A DNA stretch of 64,000 bases. Origin: the human T2T-CHM13v2.0 reference genome, Homo sapiens. The notes below the pieces were generated by a model, which ran no database searches, had not been told where the DNA came from, and was given only the letters and a program-made list of their open reading frames with translations. The number at the start of each line of letters is the position of its first letter. Position 1 is the first letter of the stretch. This document shows positions 58,701-64,000 of this stretch, in pieces. Both the position numbers and the translations under genes were made by a program. Location: positions 40,640,001 to 40,704,000 of the forward strand of contig CP068257.2 in assembly GCA_009914755.4 (NCBI GenBank), written 5' to 3'.

Positions 58701-60789
58701 CCATGTCCACACCAGAGGACGGGATGAAGGAGTCCGGGGCTTGAATCCCCCTGGATGGGCCACCCGAGGAACACAGGCAGCCCTGGCACTGACATGCTTG
58801 AAATGAACGACTCAGCTAACGCTGCAAACCAAACAAATGCAGTGTCTTCTTGATTTACATGACATACCCTCCTGGAGAATTCAGGTATGTTCAAGCCATT
58901 TGAAACAACAAACAACAACCAAAACAACTGTGTTAAAATGTAACACAGAAGTAGTCTCTGGGTTTCGATCGCCGTGAATAGGTTTGCAGCCACCATGTGT
59001 GTCCAACAGGACGCCAGGACGTCTATCGGGTGGAGGCAGTGGTCTGTTCAGGACACCTGGGGACACCACAGGGTCCTGCCATGTCTGGCCTGTGTCCACT
59101 CAATGCCCCCTTTCATACGATTCATAAACGTGCCCACAGATTCCCGAACATCCCCGTGGCAGCAGCCTCCACTGGGAACCCTCGGCTTAGATCATGTGTC
59201 CTGGGTCCCAGATCCTCCTCACCAACAGGAAGCCCAGGGTCATTCTGGGGCTGCGTATCTTAATTTGTATCTAGAAGGGGCAGGGCACAGCTGTGATTGG
59301 TGGCGAGCCGCAGTGACTCCAGCAGTCAGTAGAGGGCGCTGTTCGGTCGCTTTGTGGTTTGGACCAGGTTTCCGTTCTGCCGTCGGGCTGGGGGGTGGGT
59401 GGGCTGCTTTTGGGTCCTGCTCCCCCATTGGTGTCTGTGATCTCTTATGAGAATGTCACAGCCCCCAGGTGGGTGCTGTCAGGGGCGTTGCGCTCTTTCT
59501 CATAGCATAAACCCTACCCGGGGTTCTGAGAGCCCCCCGACCATGCCTGGGGCTCGCGAGGAAGGCAGGGAGCTTCCAAGGTCCCCATAGCAACCGAAGT
59601 CGAAGCGAGGGAGAGGCAGAGACGGTCGGAGGCAGGACACGGGAGACAGAGAAAGACGGGGGTCCAGTCCAGCTCATTCCAGGACCCCAGCCCTCCTCAG
59701 CCCCTTTCCTTTCCTCACTGGGGTCTGCCCTGCACAGCTGGATTATGGGGAGTCTCTGTCCTGCCGGTTGTTGCCAGCAGATCTCTCCATCTGATGCTAT
59801 TTCATTTGATGGAAGCAACCTCGATCCAGCCCACACGGGCAGCAGGAGTCAATGGTGAAGCTTCTAGAATGTGCACGAAGCATTGTCCTGTCTGAGGAAG
59901 GCACAGGCTCAGGCTGGAGACAGGGAGCAGCTCTGTGGTGGGTGAAGGAGGAGTCCCACCTGGCTCAAGTTCTGGGGGAGCCCTCCCTCTCAGGGCACAG
60001 TGGGAAGTCTGGGCCGGGGGGACCACAGTGCAGGAGGTGTCTGCAGTGACTGCAGAAGGCAATGCCAGGAACGGCGGGGTGGGGCAAGTCAAGAAATTCT
60101 TTGGAAATGTAGGTGGGCGGTGCCCATGAATGAGGCAAGGAGGCAGCAGAGCCCTGTCCCGGGGGACAGGGCACCAGGTGGGGTAGGAGGAAAACGGAGC
60201 TGGTCATCCAGCTGGTGGCAGGGTGGCCTGAGGCTGAGGCCAGGGCCTGGGGCCAACCTTTCCATCCCTCCAGCCCTCAAAGGCTGGGCATGGTCTGTGA
60301 GGGAGAGGGATGCAGAGCCCCGCCTCGGAGGATGTCCCGGCCAGAGCAGCTCTCAGTAGCAGAGCTCCGGAGCAGGGAGGCCACACTTGGCGTGTGCTCT
60401 GAGGCCCGGGATAGCCCTGGAAGTTTCCCTCCCAGGGCTGGCAGCTGATGCTTCGGGGCATTGGATGGGACACCCAGGGCTTGAGATTTAGAGACCAGGA
60501 CATCCTGACAGTGTCCCCTCTCAGTAGGGGCTTTTGGACAAGCTACTTCAAGAAAGTCTCTTTCCATATCTGTAAGACAAGGGCAATACTACCTCCCTTC
60601 TAGGGATGTTATGAGCTCTAGGGACCAGGCCCCGAGTGCAAGCTCAAAAACAAAAGCTGCTATTTTAAAGGAGCAGTTGTCTCTTTTCAAAAGGGAACAG
60701 ATAGCTCAGAGCAAGAACCCCACCGCTGTGACCGCACTGCAGTGGAATTGTGGATCCGGCCCTAAGAGAGCCCCAGCAGTGGGAGCAGC

Positions 60790-60868
60790 ACAGGAGGCCC
60801 AGGCAGGCAGCGCTCACAGGAGGCCCAGCCAGGCAGCGCTCACAGGAGGCCCAGCCAGGCAGCGCTCA
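60790..60868. repeat. 28-bp tandem repeat (cacaggaggcccagccaggcagcgctca), 3 copies.
   Basis: Direct reading of the sequence. Confidence 0.88.
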
Positions 60869-61545
60869 CTGGCCTTCGTACATCTAAAACCGTCTTGGTG
60901 GGAGCGGAGAGCTGCCGTGTCCCAAGACAGTGCGATGGGGAGAGAACCACACTCAGGTCCAGAAGTGGATAAGGCTTCATGAGGACGTGAGATGGAATCC
61001 CCACTGCCACCAGCTCATTCATTTCCTATAGCTGCATCCATTTTTTTAAAAAAAGAGAAAAGAAGGCCACCCAATGTGTCACAGATGTTTAAACTTAATT
61101 AGCAAACAAATACAAAAAAGTGCCTGTTTGTTCATAATGTTTACTGTACAAAGAAACAAAACCCAGGAATAGTACAAGTATTGAACAGTAGCGAGAGTGG
61201 TTGTGAAATAAAGGACCACTTTGGAAGACAGTTTTATTGGCTTGCTGTCTTCACCAAGAAAGACTTGTGATTTTTGAAAACTTCTACCTGAAATGTATTT
61301 TTTCTGCTTTCCCGAGGAAGCGGCACTTACAGTGTTCCTAGGCTTTCCTGTGACGTGGGTGCCAGTCTGGATTCAAAATATCCTTGCATGCACTGCAGCT
61401 CCTTAGGGAGTCTTTTCCTGCCCTTGAGGCCTGGGCAGACTCTCCCCTGACACCCTCCCGCCCTCTCCCACGACGCAGCAGAAATAAAGCACAACCTCAG
61501 AAAGTCTCAGGCACGAAGAACTGTCCTCGGGTGGAGCATGGGACC

Positions 61546-61551
61546 TTTATT
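61546..61551 (-). other. TFF3: Probable TFF3 polyadenylation signal. AATAAA on the - strand puts the 3' UTR at roughly 61530..61709.
   Basis: The + strand reads tttatt about 160 nt downstream, in the - sense, of the TGA stop. Confidence 0.55.
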
Positions 61552-61709
61552 CGTTAAGACATCAGGCTCCAGATATGAACTTTCAGCAGAAGCGCTTGCC
61601 GGGAGCAAAGGGACAGAAAAGCTGAGATGAACAGTGCCTGGCAGCAATCACAGCCGGGCAAGGGTGCTCCGAGCCTCGCATCCCCCGGCCGGGGGCAGCT
61701 GGAGGTGCC

Positions 61710-61723
61710 TCAGAAGGTGCATT
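61710..61723 (-). CDS. TFF3: TFF3 last exon, coding part. With the final G of exon 2 it encodes E-C-T-F followed by TGA.
   Basis: The minus-strand sequence is tttgcag|AATGCACCTTCTGA. G plus AA gives Glu, completing the known TFF3 C-terminus ...PLQEAECTF. Confidence 0.85.
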
Positions 61724-62938
61724 CTGCAAACAGAGCAAAGGCTTGTGTGAGCAGTCTCTCTCCACCCATGCTGCCCAGCTTCCCAAGGTCAGGGCAGGCT
61801 CCAAGGCCAGCACCTAGTGCTGCCTCCTCCCCAGAGTCACCGGGGAGTGTTGAGTCCCCACCACATGGGGGAATAGCCAAGATTCCCACCTCGGGTTGCT
61901 AAGCAAGATAGTGGGACCCAGGGATCAGGCAGATAACAAGCGAGATGGGCCTTGGCAGGGCCATGGCTGGCACTCAGAGGAGAGTGTAGTTCCAGTGGAG
62001 CTGAAGGAACAGGACCGGCAGTGGACAGTAGCCAGACCCCTCTCTCTCCTGGCCTTCTCTGGACCCCCACCCCCACCCCTACCCTGGACTTGCTGGGGAG
62101 GGTGAAGGGAGGCCCTGGGCAGGGGCCCATCATTGATCAGGGAGCCGGGGCCAGCAGGACTCAGCCTCCCGCATTTCACCCTAGGACAAAGGGCAAGAGA
62201 GGCCCCTCTGGATGCTGGTTCCAGGAAGGTACCTCACGCAGGTGCGGCCTTCGTGGGGGCTGAGCTGGCACTTGGACATGGCAGATGGCTTATAGCCGAT
62301 CGCCCCACCCACGATGTGGGGCAGCTAAGCCTGGTGGAGCCAGGGTGGCAAACCCGTGTGCAGGGCCATCTGTTACCCGCACAGCACGCAGGCTCTCCGC
62401 CCCTGGGGAGGGAACCCCCAGGGTGGTTGCCCTGCACCTGCCCTCCACCACGGCAGAGAGAGGGAGAGGAGATGACCCTTGTGGGGGGCAGAGTGGGGGA
62501 GGTGGGGTGTGGCACCGAGGCCTGACGTCTAGGGCTGGGACCGCCTGCCGTCTGTGTAGGGGATGCCACAAATGACAAGACTCTGGGGGGCCGATTTGCA
62601 AAAACAGCCCAAAAGTCGGCCCGGCTTTCCACACCTATGCGTTTCCACTTCTCTCAAGAATAGTTACTAAATCAGTTCCCTCTATGCGATGCCATCATTT
62701 TGAACACCTTTTTGAAACAATTGCTTTTATGTTTTACATAAAGGGGACAGAAGAGGACAGCCCCTGGCCATGGCTGCCCTAAGTGTGAAGCCTCTGCTCT
62801 GAGGCCTTGGAACAGGTGTGTGTGTGTGGCTTCCTGGGGTCCTTGTGCCTCCATCTCCAGCCCAGAAAGGACAGGGAGGCCCTGAGACCCCCTGCCTTAT
62901 GGGGCTGGGCCCAGACCACGATGCCACTGGGGCCTTAC

Positions 62939-63085
62939 CTGCTTCCTGCAGGGGCTTGAAACACCAAGGCACTCCAGGGATCCTGGAGTCAAAGCAGCAG
63001 CCCCGGTTGTTGCACTCCTTGGGGGTGACATGGGGGTAGCCGCAGTCCACCCTGTCCTTGGCTGGCACGGCACACTGGTTTGCAG
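62939..63085 (-). CDS. TFF3: TFF3 exon 2, the trefoil (P) domain exon. Encodes (S)ANQCAVPAKDRVDCGYPHVTPKECNNRGCCFDSRIPGVPWCFKPLQEA(E).
   Basis: The minus-strand ORF 62727..63098 contains this peptide, which I recognise as the TFF3 trefoil domain. On the - strand the acceptor is ctttgtctgggacag and the donor is gtaagg. The exon is phase 1 at both ends. Confidence 0.9.
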
Positions 63086-63785
63086 CTGTCCCAGACAAAG
63101 CCCTGTCAGCTGCCAGAGCCCTTGCTGGGCTGCGGTGAGTGTGTTTGCTTCACTTTGCAAGTTTGCATCCTCCCGCTCCGCCCCACCCCGCCGAGTTCAA
63201 CCACTGCTGAAACCCTCGCCCTTAGGAAGATGCACTTTCCCTGTGAATATTTAAAGAGAGGCAGTCTGTTAAATACTCAGCTCGGGGACTCTGGCCATTT
63301 GCCTAAGTGTCTTTCTCCTTGGCACGCTCTTATCACCTTCTCGGGAAGTCACATACGGACCTGGGTACCTTCCAGCTGGCAGGAACCCCTGGGGAATCTG
63401 GGGTCCCTTGAACCCAGAAACAAAGTTACCCTTCATTGTTTGACCAACAAAACCTTGCCCCTTTGTTTTAAATGAAAACCGTGACAGGAGAGGCACACGC
63501 CATAGAGATCATTGCAACGCATGCTGCCTGCTTTTCACTTTTTTCTGCATCTCCCCTTCCTGAATTGTTGAGCATGTCCCACCCTCCCGGGACATCCTTC
63601 AGTCCCCAATATTTTCATGTTTCAGGCAAGCCTCTATGTCTGTATGTGCAGCAGAAGTTCACTGCGTTTCATTAACGAACTGAGTATTTCCTTAGGAAAA
63701 TGGCAATCACGTGCAGTGTCTTACATTCCCTTCTCTTGCTCCCAGTCCGTAATTGCTTATCCTCCTGGCATCCAAACTTCGCTCA

Positions 63786-64000
<215 letters not shown>

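Noticed and set aside
62727-63098. Treating the whole 123-aa minus ORF as one CDS.
   Set aside because: Only the central 147 nt (62939..63085) is bounded by splice signals and matches TFF3. The rest of the ORF is intronic read-through (GKAPVASWSG...).

Overview
This window is primate (almost certainly human) nuclear genomic DNA from the ABCG1/TFF3 locus on chromosome 21q22.3. Eleven Alu SINEs, most with recognisable target-site duplications, establish the primate origin. The dominant feature is the 3' portion of ABCG1, the ATP-binding cassette G1 cholesterol transporter, on the + strand. I reconstructed its last 13 coding exons (20927..45869) from splice signals and translation. Together with one carried-over nucleotide they encode 583 codons plus TAA, which matches residues 96-678 of the 678-aa ABCG1 isoform as I recall it. 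This includes the known alternative 5' splice site that adds 12 residues ([12 protein letters not shown]). About 15.6 kb downstream, on the - strand and therefore convergent with ABCG1, lies the 3' part of TFF3 (trefoil factor 3). Its trefoil-domain exon is at 62939..63085. Its last exon encodes ...ECTF-stop at 61710..61723, with an AATAAA signal on the - strand at 61546..61551. TFF3 exon 1 is expected beyond the window end. The rest is intronic and intergenic sequence, unusually rich in tandem repeats: 11-, 15-, 42-, 45-, 54-, 60- and 66-bp minisatellites, a 1.45-kb CA-rich heptamer satellite, (TG)n, (GATT)n, (TTTTG)n and pyrimidine/purine tracts. The six-frame ORF track is almost entirely noise here, because long ORFs fall in GC-rich or repetitive intronic DNA. 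I see no prokaryotic-type system (no operons, CRISPR arrays or similar) and no convincing evidence of an undescribed gene system. This is a well-characterised human locus. The secondary observations (tandem repeats next to splice sites, a nuclear-receptor half-site cluster, a CpG-rich intergenic minisatellite) are listed as findings with modest interest. Upstream ABCG1 exons, including the alternative 5' exons and the exon encoding ...[20 protein letters not shown], were not recognisable by eye in 1..20926 and may lie outside the window.
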